From NCBI GenBank assembly GCA_040398005.1, contig JBBAUX010000001.1:245275-309274 (forward strand): DNA of 64,000 nt. The letters are read 5' to 3'. A model generated the notes under the pieces. It searched no databases and was not told the origin of the DNA. It saw nothing but the letters and a program-made list of their open reading frames with translations. Shown in pieces: positions 19,421-29,406 of the stretch; position 1 is the first letter of the stretch, and every line of letters begins with the position of its first letter. Position numbers and translations under genes: made by a program. This DNA comes from Opitutales bacterium. GTDB taxonomy: Bacteria; Verrucomicrobiota; Verrucomicrobiia; Opitutales; UBA953.

Positions 19421-20326
19421 TTATCCGCGCCAGACGCGTAATAATGCATCAGCCATGTCGGACGGAGTCGCCGCAACCGAGATACCACATTCTTGGAATA
19501 TCTTGATTTTGGCTTCCGCAGTATCTTCAGCTCCGCCGATGACGGCACCGGCGTGACCCATGCGTCGACCCGCAGGAGCAGTGGCACCGGCGATAAATCC
19601 GGCGACCGGTTTCTTGCAGTTCGCTTTGATCCAGCGAGCGGCTTCGACTTCAGCACTGCCACCGATTTCACCAATCATGATAATCGCTTCGGTTTCAGGA
19701 TCTTCATTAAAGAGTTTAATCACATCGAGGTGAGAGGTGCCATTGACGGGGTCGCCACCAATGCCCACGCAGGTGGATTGTCCGTGTCCTTTACATGTGA
19801 GTTGCCAGACAGCTTCGTAGGTGAGGGTGCCAGAGCGGGAAACAACGCCAACTTTTCCGCGTTTGTGAATGTAACCAGGGGCGATGCCGATACGGCAGCC
19901 ACCATGAGATTTATCACCACGGCCAGGAGTTACGACGCCTGGGCAGTTAGGGCCGATTAAGCGTGTGCGACGGCCCTGCATGGCTCGTTTTGCACGCACC
20001 ATGTCACGTACCGGAATACCTTCGGTGATGGCGACTGCGAGGTCGAGATCCGCATCAAAACATTCGAGAATCGCATCTGCCGCAAAGGGAGGAGGTACGA
20101 AAATTGCAGAGACCGTTGCACCCGTTTGTTTAGCCGCATCGGCAACCGTATTAAAAATAGGAACTTTCACGCCGTTGTGTTCGAAGACCTGTCCGCCTTT
20201 ACCTGGAGTGACACCAGCGACGATTTGTGAACCGTAGTCGATAGAAAGTCTTGCATGGCGACCACCGAAATCTCCGGTGATGCCTTGAACTAAGACGCGT
20301 GTTTTTTCGTGAACGAGAATAGACAT
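19421..20326 (-). CDS. sucD: Succinyl-CoA synthetase alpha
   Basis: [36 protein letters not shown]. Confidence 0.98.
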   Translation of the reverse strand: MSILVHEKTRVLVQGITGDFGGRHARLSIDYGSQIVAGVTPGKGGQVFEHNGVKVPIFNTVADAAKQTGATVSAIFVPPPFAADAILECFDADLDLAVAITEGIPVRDMVRAKRAMQGRRTRLIGPNCPGVVTPGRGDKSHGGCRIGIAPGYIHKRGKVGVVSRSGTLTYEAVWQLTCKGHGQSTCVGIGGDPVNGTSHLDVIKLFNEDPETEAIIMIGEIGGSAEVEAARWIKANCKKPVAGFIAGATAPAGRRMGHAGAVIGGAEDTAEAKIKIFQECGISVAATPSDMADALLRVWRG

Positions 20327-20338
20327 TTTAAAGAGTAA

Positions 20339-21550
20339 TTATTTTTGGTTAACGAGTTTCACGATTTTTTGCGCCGCATCGGCCATCGTATCGCCCGATA
20401 CAATCGTCAGTCCGCTATTGGCGAGCGTAGCTTTACCGGCTTCGACGTTGTTTCCTTCGAGGCGAACCACGAGGGGAAGTTTGAGTCCAGTTTCTTTCAC
20501 CGCTTCTACGATTCCCGTAGCGATGACGTTGCAATCCATAATACCACCGAAAATATTGACCATAATGCCCTTAACGTTGGCATCACCTAAGATGATTTTA
20601 AAGGCCGCAGTGACTTGTTCTTTGCTCGCTCCGCCGCCGACGTCGAGGAAGTTGGCTGGGCTACCACCGAAGTGTTGAATGATGTCCATGGTAGACATCG
20701 CTAAACCTGCACCATTGACCAAGCAGGCGATATTTCCGTCGAGTGCGATGTACGACAGGCCAAATTTAGAAGCTTCAATTTCTTTAGAATCCTCTTCGTT
20801 TAAATCGCGCAATGCGACGACGTCGGGATGTCTGAAGAGCGCGTTATCGTCGAACGAAACCTTCGCATCGAGTGCTAGGAGTTTTCCTTCTTGGGTCACG
20901 AGCAGGGGATTTACTTCCACCATCGCACAATCTTTGTCCCAGTAGAATTGATAAAGTTTAGTTACTAAGGCTACGCACTGTTTGAATAATTCACCGCTGA
21001 AACCAAGGGCGAAAGCGATTTGGCGAGCTTGATAGGCTTGGATGCCGACTGCAGGGTCAATTTGTACTTTGAAAATTTTCTCAGGAGTATGATGGGCAAC
21101 GTGTTCGATTTCCATGCCGCCTTCGGTGGAGGCAACGATGACCGGGCGAGAGGTCGCGCGATCGAGAAGGATAGCTAAATAATATTCATCATCACGACCA
21201 TCGGGGCGTTTTCCGAGGTTAGCCGCTTCGGTGAAATACAAGGTTTGAACTTTGCGACCTTCAGGACCCGTTTGGGCGGTGACTAAGATATTACCGAGCA
21301 TCGCTTTCGCATTCTCGATGGCCTTTTCTCTAGTGGGAGAGAATTTTACACCACCTTTGAATCCATTGGTGAAGGTTCCTTTACCGCGTCCGCCAGCGTG
21401 GATTTGCGATTTAACCATAATACCGGCAGAGGTATTAATTTTATTAAGGGCGGCTTCGAAATCTTGAGCGGAGTTGACGGCTACACCTTTGGGAGTAGCG
21501 ACGCCGAACTTCTCAAACAGTTCCTTGGCTTGGTATTCGTGAATATTCAT
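20339..21550 (-). CDS. sucC: Succinyl-CoA synthetase beta
   Basis: MNIHEYQAK, HAGGRGK, NGAGLAM, ANFLDVGGG, NIFGGI. Confidence 0.98.
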   Translation of the reverse strand: MNIHEYQAKELFEKFGVATPKGVAVNSAQDFEAALNKINTSAGIMVKSQIHAGGRGKGTFTNGFKGGVKFSPTREKAIENAKAMLGNILVTAQTGPEGRKVQTLYFTEAANLGKRPDGRDDEYYLAILLDRATSRPVIVASTEGGMEIEHVAHHTPEKIFKVQIDPAVGIQAYQARQIAFALGFSGELFKQCVALVTKLYQFYWDKDCAMVEVNPLLVTQEGKLLALDAKVSFDDNALFRHPDVVALRDLNEEDSKEIEASKFGLSYIALDGNIACLVNGAGLAMSTMDIIQHFGGSPANFLDVGGGASKEQVTAAFKIILGDANVKGIMVNIFGGIMDCNVIATGIVEAVKETGLKLPLVVRLEGNNVEAGKATLANSGLTIVSGDTMADAAQKIVKLVNQK

Positions 21551-21606
21551 AAATTAAAAAAGATTACACTAGGTTAGTGAATCGAGTGAGTCGCTGACTC
21601 GCTGGA

Positions 21607-22173
21607 TTAGTTTCCAGTGAGTTCAGATTCTTTTGTTTTCAGTGCTTTTTCGATTTCCTTGGCCCAATTGTCGGTCTGGGTCTGAATCTCTTTTTCGATG
21701 CGCTTCAAATCATCATCCGTCACGACTTTATCTTTATTTCCTTTTTTTGCGATTTCGAGAGCATCGCGGCGGGCATTGCGCAGACGTACTTTGCCTTCTT
21801 CGGCCATGCGATGAGAGACTTTGACCATTTCTTGGCGACGTTCACCTGAAAGTTCGGGCACGGGGCATCTTAAAAAGTTACCTTGGGGCACGGGATTAAT
21901 GCCGATATTGGCTGATTGAATCGCTTTACGGATGTCATCCATGACCGCTTTATCAAAGGGCTGAACGACGATGGAACGGGCATCCGGGGTGGTAATGGCT
22001 GCCATGTCCTTAAGGCGTTGGGTCATGCCATAAGATTCGATATGAACCTGGATGTTTTCGACCATTTGCGGTGAAGCTTTGCCGGTGTGTAATGAATTAA
22101 ATTCATTCACTGTCCACTCGACTGCTTTTTTCATTCCGAGTGTGCCGTCGCTAATAATTTTTTTAATATCCAT
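21607..22173 (-). CDS. frr: Ribosome recycling factor
   Basis: TGKASP, QPFD, PELSGERR, RNARRDA, IQTQTD. Confidence 0.97.
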   Translation of the reverse strand: MDIKKIISDGTLGMKKAVEWTVNEFNSLHTGKASPQMVENIQVHIESYGMTQRLKDMAAITTPDARSIVVQPFDKAVMDDIRKAIQSANIGINPVPQGNFLRCPVPELSGERRQEMVKVSHRMAEEGKVRLRNARRDALEIAKKGNKDKVVTDDDLKRIEKEIQTQTDNWAKEIEKALKTKESELTGN

Positions 22174-22177
22174 AAAT

Positions 22178-22912
22178 TTATTCTACGTGTGTGCCGATCG
22201 CTTCGCCCATGATTACTTTTTTGACCGCGCCACGATCCGACATTGAAAATACAATGATTGGAAGTTTATTGGCTTCACAGAGCGAGAAGGCTTCGGCATC
22301 CATGACGCCTAATCGTTGGGTCAGTGCGTCTTGATAGGTGATGTGTGTGAAACGTTTTGCGTCTTTATGTTTGTGGGGATCTTTATCGTAGATGCCGTCT
22401 ACTTTCGTAGCTTTGAGAATCGCATCAGCACCGATTTCATTGGCTCGAAGTGCCGCTGCGTAATCGGTCGTGCAATAAGGATTTCCAGTGCCGGCGACGA
22501 AAATTAAAATGCGACCCTGTTCGAGGTGACGTGTGGCGCGACGTTGAATAAAAGGTTCCGCGATACGATCCATCGGAATTGCAGTCATCACGCGAACATC
22601 GAGTCCGGATTTTTCTAAACGATCCATTAACGCGAGACCATTGATAACAGTGGAGAGCATACCCATGTTGTCTCCGGTAGTGCGATCGGTGCCATTCGAA
22701 CGTGCACCGGCGAGGCCTCTAAAAATATTTCCGCCACCGACAACAACGGCCACTTGGGTTCCAATTTCTTTTAAAGATTTTAATTCGTCGGCCAGGCGGT
22801 CGAGGACGTCGCTATCGATAGTCTGTCCGGTTTGGTCGTTACGAAGGGCCTCCCCGCTAATCTTGAGGACTACTCGGCGATACTTCGGCTGGTTTGGGGA
22901 AGTTGCGGGCAT
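22178..22912 (-). CDS. pyrH: UMP kinase
   Basis: RVVLKISGEAL, GGGNIFRG, GTGNPYCTTD, KATKVDGIY. Confidence 0.98.
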   Translation of the reverse strand: MPATSPNQPKYRRVVLKISGEALRNDQTGQTIDSDVLDRLADELKSLKEIGTQVAVVVGGGNIFRGLAGARSNGTDRTTGDNMGMLSTVINGLALMDRLEKSGLDVRVMTAIPMDRIAEPFIQRRATRHLEQGRILIFVAGTGNPYCTTDYAAALRANEIGADAILKATKVDGIYDKDPHKHKDAKRFTHITYQDALTQRLGVMDAEAFSLCEANKLPIIVFSMSDRGAVKKVIMGEAIGTHVE

Positions 22913-23004
22913 ATAGGGGAGATGTACGAGAGAGCCGTTCTCGTCAATCTTCGCCTTGTCACGCTTGACTTTCTACCCCCAAAAGCACTTTAGTGCGGGT
23001 CTGC

Positions 23005-23075
23005 AGTCCGATGGTGTAACGGTAGCACAGGAAATTTTGGTTTTCCTTGTCCAGGTTCGAATCCTGGTCGGACTA
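23005..23075 (+). tRNA. tRNA-Gln(TTG), CCA not encoded
   Basis: AGTCCGA/TCGGACT acceptor stem, GGAAA-TTTTGGT-TTTCC anticodon arm, CCAGG-TTCGAAT-CCTGG T arm. Confidence 0.93.
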
Positions 23076-23114
23076 CAGATAATTTTAGGTCCCCAGTTTT
23101 GGCCTGATCAGGCT

Positions 23115-23152
23115 AAACGAAAGAACCCCGATCTCCGGGGCTCTTTTCGTTT
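23115..23152. terminator. Bidirectional terminator (tRNA-Gln / efp)
   Basis: AAACGAAAGAACCCCG-ATCTC-CGGGGCTCTTTTCGTTT. Confidence 0.8.
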
Positions 23153-23169
23153 AACTTGGTTGGCTAGGC

Positions 23170-23733
23170 TTATGCGCGACCGAGGTACTCTTTGTTCTCG
23201 GTGCTGACTTTGATTTTTTCGCCTTCTTTGATGAAAAGGGGAACGTTCACGTTGAGTCCGTTTTCACAGACGACGGTCTTTTGAACGTTACCAGCGGTAT
23301 CACCTTTAACTGCGGGAGGAGCTTCCAGGACCTTAACGGTTACCGATGGAGGAAGGTCGACAGTGATAGGGCGGTCCTCAACGAAGAGCACCATGTAGGA
23401 AAGTCCAGGAATGAGGAACTCTTTCGAGTCTTCAAGGGAGGATTCCGAAATATAAAACTCTTCGAACGTGCTAGGGTCCGAGAAAACGTAATTTCCATCT
23501 GCTTGGTAGGAAAGTTCGAGGGACTTATTGGAATTTTCAAAAACATCGAAACTGACTCCAATGCCGCAACGTACGGGAATTTTGGCACCAGTTTTGATCG
23601 AGCGCAGTTCCATCTGAACGTAGGAGGCGTTGTTCGGGGGGGTGCGAACGAGACATTCCAGAACGATACAGAGCTCACCATTGTAGCTCATGATATTTTT
23701 CTTTTTAATACGATTTACTTGAAGGGTAGCCAT
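23170..23733 (-). CDS. efp: Elongation factor P family protein with an atypical TPPNN loop
   Basis: 187 aa, three-domain EF-P pattern; VKGDTA, VPLFIKEGEKIKVST, YLGRA. Confidence 0.92.
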   Translation of the reverse strand: MATLQVNRIKKKNIMSYNGELCIVLECLVRTPPNNASYVQMELRSIKTGAKIPVRCGIGVSFDVFENSNKSLELSYQADGNYVFSDPSTFEEFYISESSLEDSKEFLIPGLSYMVLFVEDRPITVDLPPSVTVKVLEAPPAVKGDTAGNVQKTVVCENGLNVNVPLFIKEGEKIKVSTENKEYLGRA

Positions 23734-23831
23734 AAGTTGAAAGTCGAAGGCAAGCCGTTACACTGGGGACGGTCAAGCCGGAGTTATCAAATTTGAGTTA
23801 AAGTAAGAATAGGACGCTCTAAAGCCCTTAA

Positions 23832-24386
23832 TTATTTGATGATGAAGACAGTTCCACCAATTTGATTTATGGTGGCTGCACCCTCTGCATCCGTGGTCTC
23901 GGTGGTCGTTCCCGAACTTGCAGGGACGGCCGTGCCGCACAGCAGATTCTTGAATGCGCTATAAAAACTTTTCAGTTCAGCTTTTGAACTGACAACCATC
24001 TCCACGGTTTTTGCGTGGGTGGTAGAAGGGTAGGTCTTGACGACTAATCCGGCAGCGGGGCCCGTGGTTAAGTTAGTGACCTTGGATTCGAGGGCCGACA
24101 GTTGGGCGGGAATCGGCGTGCGGGTATTGTAGATGCGAAGTTGTTGATTGGAGTTCGACATATCGATGACGACTTCCGAAACGATAAATGTTCCCGTGGT
24201 GTATTCTTGGAACGAGATCGAAAGCACGCGATCGGCACGTCCGTAGAACGATAAGTCAGTGCCCGAAACTTCGATACCAAAGATGCCGCCGTTGGGCACA
24301 GCCTTTTTCTTCATGGTAAAGGCCGAGGCTTGAGGGGCGGAACCAAGAATCGCCAGTGCTATTGCGATAAATAGAAATTTTCTCAT
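23832..24386 (-). CDS. Secreted hypothetical protein
   Basis: Signal peptide ending ASA; 184 aa; motif-like VVKTYPSTTHAKTVE. Confidence 0.8.
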   Translation of the reverse strand: MRKFLFIAIALAILGSAPQASAFTMKKKAVPNGGIFGIEVSGTDLSFYGRADRVLSISFQEYTTGTFIVSEVVIDMSNSNQQLRIYNTRTPIPAQLSALESKVTNLTTGPAAGLVVKTYPSTTHAKTVEMVVSSKAELKSFYSAFKNLLCGTAVPASSGTTTETTDAEGAATINQIGGTVFIIK

Positions 24387-24434
24387 AGTCTTAATTCTTT
24401 ACGCGGGTCGGTTCCGAGGCAAGATTACAACCCA

Positions 24435-26135
24435 ATGCTGAGTTGCCAAAATTTAACTGTGCAGGCTGGTCCTGGTGGTCCCTTGATATTAGACCACACC
24501 ACAGCTCGCTTTTTGCCCAACGGATTAAACGCAGTGATTGGACCCTCAGGTTGCGGAAAAACCACACTGATGAAGGCCATTTTAGGGATTTTACCTTCAA
24601 CCGGTGAGGCCTATTTAAATAATGAGACGATCCGCTGCACCGAAGACCTCATCGGCAAAGTCGGCTTCGCTCCACAATTTACCACAGCCCAACCGCAACT
24701 CACGGTAAAAGAGTCGCTAAGCTATGCACTTGAATTAGCCGTTCCTGATTCAGCTGAGAGACAGCGACGACTCTCCTCGGTTCTCGATGTCACGGGTCTC
24801 GCCGTTCACCAAGACAAACGCGTCTCCTCACTCTCGGGCGGTCAGCTCCGAAGACTTTCCTTGGGCTTAGAACTCACTCTCGATCCCGCGTGCATGGTTT
24901 GCGATGAAGTGACTTCAGGCCTCGATCCGCAATCGGAAGACCAAATTCTCGCACTGCTTCGTCAATTAGTAGAATCGCGCGGTAAGAGTTTCGTTTGCAT
25001 CATTCATAATTTAGGAAAATTGAATCAATTCGATTGGGTCACGGTAGTTTATCAAGGTGACGTCATCTTCCAAGGTTCGCCTGCTTCGCTCTTAACCTAT
25101 TTTGCGATTCCCGATGGCTTGAGACTCTACGAAGTACTCAACGCCGAGAATTTAGAGCATTGGAGAAATCGGTGGGCGATTTATCAGGCTGAAAATCCCA
25201 ACGACTTCGCTGAAGCGAACGCACAGGTGAACAAGCGATCGCCCGAAAACATTGTTCCATCTGATTTGACAATCCCCGACGGGGTATCGCAGTTTTTCAC
25301 CTTATTGTCGCGTCGCTTTAAATTATTTTTCCGCGACACCGGCTATCTGGGACTGACCTTAGCCATCACCTTCGGATTCCCCTTATTAATTATAATTTTT
25401 AATATCGAAGGCACGTGGGATATTTTCAAAATTCCGATGGATCGCAATGTGGCGTCGATGCAGGACATTCAGCACGCCTTACAGGTACAAATTTCCAACG
25501 CCCAAGTGGCCAGTCTCGCGGCTGGTTTAATCATGTTCCAAGTGATCCTCCTCACCTTAATGGGTGCGAATAATGGCGGACGGGAAATTTCTGCGGAACG
25601 AACATTGTATGAGAAAGAACGGATGACCGGTCTGCGTCCTTGGTCCTACGCGTTGTCCAAAATCACTTTCGTTTCGCTCATTGCGATTTTCCAAGGTGCT
25701 TGGATGTGTGCGTTTGTGAAAATCATTTGCCGATTCCCAGGTCCGTGGTCGGAGCAAATTGTCATGCTCGCGGCGACGTGTGTTTCGATGTCGATTGTGT
25801 GCCTCGGATTTTCCGCGATGCTGACTTCGCCCGAAAAGTCGTCACTGCTCTCCATCTACTTGGTCGGATTCCAGTTACCTTTATCAGGCGTGGTCTTAGC
25901 TCTGCCCGCCGCACTCACTTGGATTTGTCGCCCCTTCATTAATGCCTACTGGGGTTGGTCGGGCTACATGAATTCGATGATGTCGACGGACCTCTACGGG
26001 GCCTATACCTCCAGTCTGCCTGATCAGTCATCGTTTATTGCCTCCCCAACCTTATCACTCGTTTTACTTTTAGTGCAGGGTTTATTCGGAGTTTGCCTCG
26101 TCGTTATAGGTTGTCAGCAAAAGCGCTGGAACTAA
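24435..26135 (+). CDS. Fused NBD-TMD ABC transporter (ABCG/ABC-2 exporter-like)
   Basis: GPSGCGKTT, LSGGQ, VCDEVTSGLD, H-loop; C-terminal membrane domain with REISAERTLYEKER. Confidence 0.92.
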   Translation: MLSCQNLTVQAGPGGPLILDHTTARFLPNGLNAVIGPSGCGKTTLMKAILGILPSTGEAYLNNETIRCTEDLIGKVGFAPQFTTAQPQLTVKESLSYALELAVPDSAERQRRLSSVLDVTGLAVHQDKRVSSLSGGQLRRLSLGLELTLDPACMVCDEVTSGLDPQSEDQILALLRQLVESRGKSFVCIIHNLGKLNQFDWVTVVYQGDVIFQGSPASLLTYFAIPDGLRLYEVLNAENLEHWRNRWAIYQAENPNDFAEANAQVNKRSPENIVPSDLTIPDGVSQFFTLLSRRFKLFFRDTGYLGLTLAITFGFPLLIIIFNIEGTWDIFKIPMDRNVASMQDIQHALQVQISNAQVASLAAGLIMFQVILLTLMGANNGGREISAERTLYEKERMTGLRPWSYALSKITFVSLIAIFQGAWMCAFVKIICRFPGPWSEQIVMLAATCVSMSIVCLGFSAMLTSPEKSSLLSIYLVGFQLPLSGVVLALPAALTWICRPFINAYWGWSGYMNSMMSTDLYGAYTSSLPDQSSFIASPTLSLVLLLVQGLFGVCLVVIGCQQKRWN

Positions 26136-26190
26136 ATCTAAAGCCTGTTACGATAGGTAATGATAATTTTTCACCCTATTTATAATTCAC

Positions 26191-26580
26191 ATGTCTAAAA
26201 TCCCACCCATTTTTTACGCCCTCGGTATTCCGGTTGTCGTGATTGTCATTTTACTCGCGGTGGTTTTACCTCGTTTAGCGGGCGGCGGAAGGTTTGCTGA
26301 TTTGAGTGCCTTCTCCGTCGATGGTTATCGTAAAGATTGGGCGACGATGCAGGGCAATATTTATCGTCTCGATTGCCAAATCGAACAGCAGCTTTCGTTT
26401 GTTGAAGGCAAGGGACGTATCCTGGCGGTGAAACCTACGGAGACGGCGCGTGGTGCCGGACGGATCTCCGTGTTCGTTCCCCTTAATGGCGGAAACAATT
26501 TTGAAGTTGGCCAACGCTATAAGTTTAAGGTTCGCGTGAGTCGCGATCTTTTAGTCGTTGAAGAACTCGAAAAATTCTAA
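26191..26580 (+). CDS. Membrane-anchored hypothetical protein, possible OB-fold
   Basis: N-terminal TM, then a beta-rich domain ending FEVGQRYKFKVRV. Confidence 0.75.
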   Translation: MSKIPPIFYALGIPVVVIVILLAVVLPRLAGGGRFADLSAFSVDGYRKDWATMQGNIYRLDCQIEQQLSFVEGKGRILAVKPTETARGAGRISVFVPLNGGNNFEVGQRYKFKVRVSRDLLVVEELEKF

Positions 26581-26589
26581 AGCCACCCC

Positions 26590-28503
26590 ATGAAGTACTT
26601 ATTTAATATCCTATTTATTTCAGCACTGACCGTGGCGGGCTTCGCCCAAGCTGAGCCGCCTAAGGCAGCGACCACCAGCGGTGATTACAAGAGCTCGACC
26701 GTGGAAGGTGGAGCAGACCGATTATTTGATGTGAATAGTGATTCGGTGGATATGGAAAATGGTTCCATGCAGTGGAAGGGGAAGACGTTTAACCTCGGAA
26801 ACTCTCGCCTCATGCGTGCTCGTTTTGAGCGCTATTTGCAGACGCCTCAAACGAGTGACGATGTCCAAAAATACATTAAAATCCTCGATAAAATTGAAAA
26901 ACTCCTAGCACCTAACGCCATCACTCAAGCGAATTATTATACCAACCAGCAAGAGGCCTTTAATCTCCTCTTTGAGGCCGCTCAATATGAGATGGATGCT
27001 AATAATAGCTTAACCATTGCTTCACAGGTTAAGAAAATTTGGACGATGCGCGCAGAGTTCCGAGACTTAAATATTACCAAGAATCAGTTGGAAGCTCTCC
27101 GTAAATTGCAAGAGGGTGTCGTCGTTAATCGTGCCCAGAAAATTGAAGAAGCTAATGATGACACCACTGCTGGTTCGACCAACAAACTTAAGAAAACTTC
27201 ACAAGGGACCACTGAACTTGGCTATCGGCTAAAAGATGAATCACGCACGCAGGTCGAAATCTTATCAAAGAGTGCTGAGATGACGGCGTTAGGATTGAAA
27301 GCACAGGTTGAATTCCAATCCCAGATGGTCGGCTTTCTTTTACAGCGTCGCTACCGTCACTGCATCATTACGAGTGCCTTCTATCGCGTACTCTTCAAAG
27401 GGGCTAATCAGAATATCAAAGTAGGGGCCAAGGAAGTTAAAGAATTTTTCCCCGTCTCGGATTTCGTTCCGACTCTTGAATCGCTCGACACCTTGGCTCG
27501 TGAAGCGATGAATGATGTTAGCTTAGGCATGAAGACAGTGGACGATCTTCATAAACAGGGCGAAATTTATGCGTCCTTCGAGCGCCTCCAGGAAACTTAT
27601 TTCCTCGGAGAATACGAACCGGTGGTGATGACATTTGATGCAGTTAAGAAGCGTGAAATGCTCGATTTATGGCGCGATTTACGCGAGCTCCAACGTATCG
27701 GCGACGAGCGTGACTTGGCCAATGTTGAAGGTTACGTAAACAAGGTAAAAGGTCGGGCGAAAGACTTCCCTGGTACCTCTATACTTTCCAAAGTGAATAA
27801 CGCCATCAACGCATCTAACATGTCGGTGTTGTCAGCTAAACAAGCGGCATTGAGCGGTGATACGAACAAAGCAGAAGCTGCTTTAGAAAAAGCTGGGAAA
27901 ATTTGGCCACAAAATCCACAGATTAAGGAATTCGCTAATCAAGTAGTCAGCCGCCAAGATAAAATCGGTCAGATGATTCCAGAGTTCGATCGTCTGGTCT
28001 CGGAATCCAAGTGGAGAGATATTTTTAATAAGAAACTCGAATTCGCTCTGGCTCTTTCCTCCGACAAAGGGCGTAGCGATAAATTGCGTCAGATTGTAAA
28101 CCGCGTCGGCGAATTGGATGCCAATATCCAAAAGGCTTCCGTGTTAGCCACGCAAAATAATCCCTATCTCGCTTGGGATGTCTTAGTGGAAGCATCGAAG
28201 ACGGAGTCCGACGATTTAGTTTTAGCGAAGACTCGATCCGATATCGCTCCGCTGGTTGCCGACTACGCTAGACTGATTGCGTTAGCCGAAAAATTTGAAA
28301 AAGAAGGTGCCGAAGCTGCTGCCTTAAACGCCTGGTTGCAGGCTCAAGACATCAACCCTGCTTCGCCAGCCTGTGGTGAGGCCATTAAGCGCCTGGCTCG
28401 CATCGTTGCCGGCGGTTCTAATGTCCGTGCGACGAGCGAAGTCCCCCTGCCTCCCTTAACGCCTGCGACGACCGACGAGGTGCCTGTGCCGCCAGCTCGC
28501 TAG
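26590..28503 (+). CDS. Large secreted alpha-helical (TPR-like) hypothetical protein
   Basis: Signal peptide ending AQA; 637 aa; AEAALEKAGKIWPQN and AWLQAQDINPAS TPR-like turns; Pro/Thr tail. Confidence 0.85.
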   Translation: MKYLFNILFISALTVAGFAQAEPPKAATTSGDYKSSTVEGGADRLFDVNSDSVDMENGSMQWKGKTFNLGNSRLMRARFERYLQTPQTSDDVQKYIKILDKIEKLLAPNAITQANYYTNQQEAFNLLFEAAQYEMDANNSLTIASQVKKIWTMRAEFRDLNITKNQLEALRKLQEGVVVNRAQKIEEANDDTTAGSTNKLKKTSQGTTELGYRLKDESRTQVEILSKSAEMTALGLKAQVEFQSQMVGFLLQRRYRHCIITSAFYRVLFKGANQNIKVGAKEVKEFFPVSDFVPTLESLDTLAREAMNDVSLGMKTVDDLHKQGEIYASFERLQETYFLGEYEPVVMTFDAVKKREMLDLWRDLRELQRIGDERDLANVEGYVNKVKGRAKDFPGTSILSKVNNAINASNMSVLSAKQAALSGDTNKAEAALEKAGKIWPQNPQIKEFANQVVSRQDKIGQMIPEFDRLVSESKWRDIFNKKLEFALALSSDKGRSDKLRQIVNRVGELDANIQKASVLATQNNPYLAWDVLVEASKTESDDLVLAKTRSDIAPLVADYARLIALAEKFEKEGAEAAALNAWLQAQDINPASPACGEAIKRLARIVAGGSNVRATSEVPLPPLTPATTDEVPVPPAR

Positions 28504-28508
28504 GTTAT

Positions 28509-29303
28509 TTACCAGTAGCTAACGGGAGTTTCTTCAAGTGGATCGATGACGGTCACTTGAAGATCTTCTTTGTGATTCCGTACCGCCTGCATCACTTCAT
28601 CCACTAAAATGGTACGATTACATTCCTTGCTTAAATGTCCGAGGTATAAATGGCTGGTTTGCCATTCTTTGAGTCCAAGTAATAAATCGCGAGCGTCTTG
28701 ATTCGAAAGGTGCCCGTGATTACCACGGATTCTTTGTTTAAGACTCATCGGGCGTTTCGATAAATCGAGCATCTCATCGTCGTAGTTTGCTTCGAGCACT
28801 AAAATATCGGCCAAGGCGCAATGATGACGAACGACGTCGGTGGCATGTCCTAAGTCGGTTAACCAAGTAACGCGTTTGTGACCTCCAGAATCGGCATGCG
28901 GACAATCCAAGGCGAATCCAACGGGGTCAGCTGCGTCGTGCGGAATGGGAATCGAAGTAACTTTTAAATTACGAAACTCAAACGTCGTTCCCGTTTCAAA
29001 AATTTGCCAGTTGGGACGAATTTTTAAAGTCGCTTGAATACGCCGCGCGGTTTCTCGATTCGCAAAAACTTTTAATAAGGGATTTTGTCGGAGGAGGGCA
29101 GTGAGTCCGATACAATGATCGGTGTGTTCATGGGTAATAAAAATTGCGTCGATGGCGGGGACTTCTATGCCGACTTTACTAAGCGATGATTCGAGTCGGG
29201 GGCCTTGGAAGCCTGCATCGAGCATGATACGCGTATCGTCGGCTTGTAAAATTGAGCAATTTCCCGAACTGCTAGTACCGAGAATATGAAAAGCGAACGC
29301 CAT
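28509..29303 (-). CDS. MBL-fold metallo-hydrolase (YycJ/WalJ-like)
   Basis: LGTSSSGN, THEHTDH, PHDAADP, TDLG, LEANYD, GHLSN, HLSKECN; start moved to 29303. Confidence 0.92.
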   Translation of the reverse strand: MAFAFHILGTSSSGNCSILQADDTRIMLDAGFQGPRLESSLSKVGIEVPAIDAIFITHEHTDHCIGLTALLRQNPLLKVFANRETARRIQATLKIRPNWQIFETGTTFEFRNLKVTSIPIPHDAADPVGFALDCPHADSGGHKRVTWLTDLGHATDVVRHHCALADILVLEANYDDEMLDLSKRPMSLKQRIRGNHGHLSNQDARDLLLGLKEWQTSHLYLGHLSKECNRTILVDEVMQAVRNHKEDLQVTVIDPLEETPVSYW

Positions 29304-29406
29304 GGACGGGTCAGATGGAAACACACTTGAGTGAACCTTCAAGCCACCATTCTAGTTTTTCCGCTTGTGCCTCGCAACAGTCTCAACGATGCTTCCACCA
29401 CTAAGT

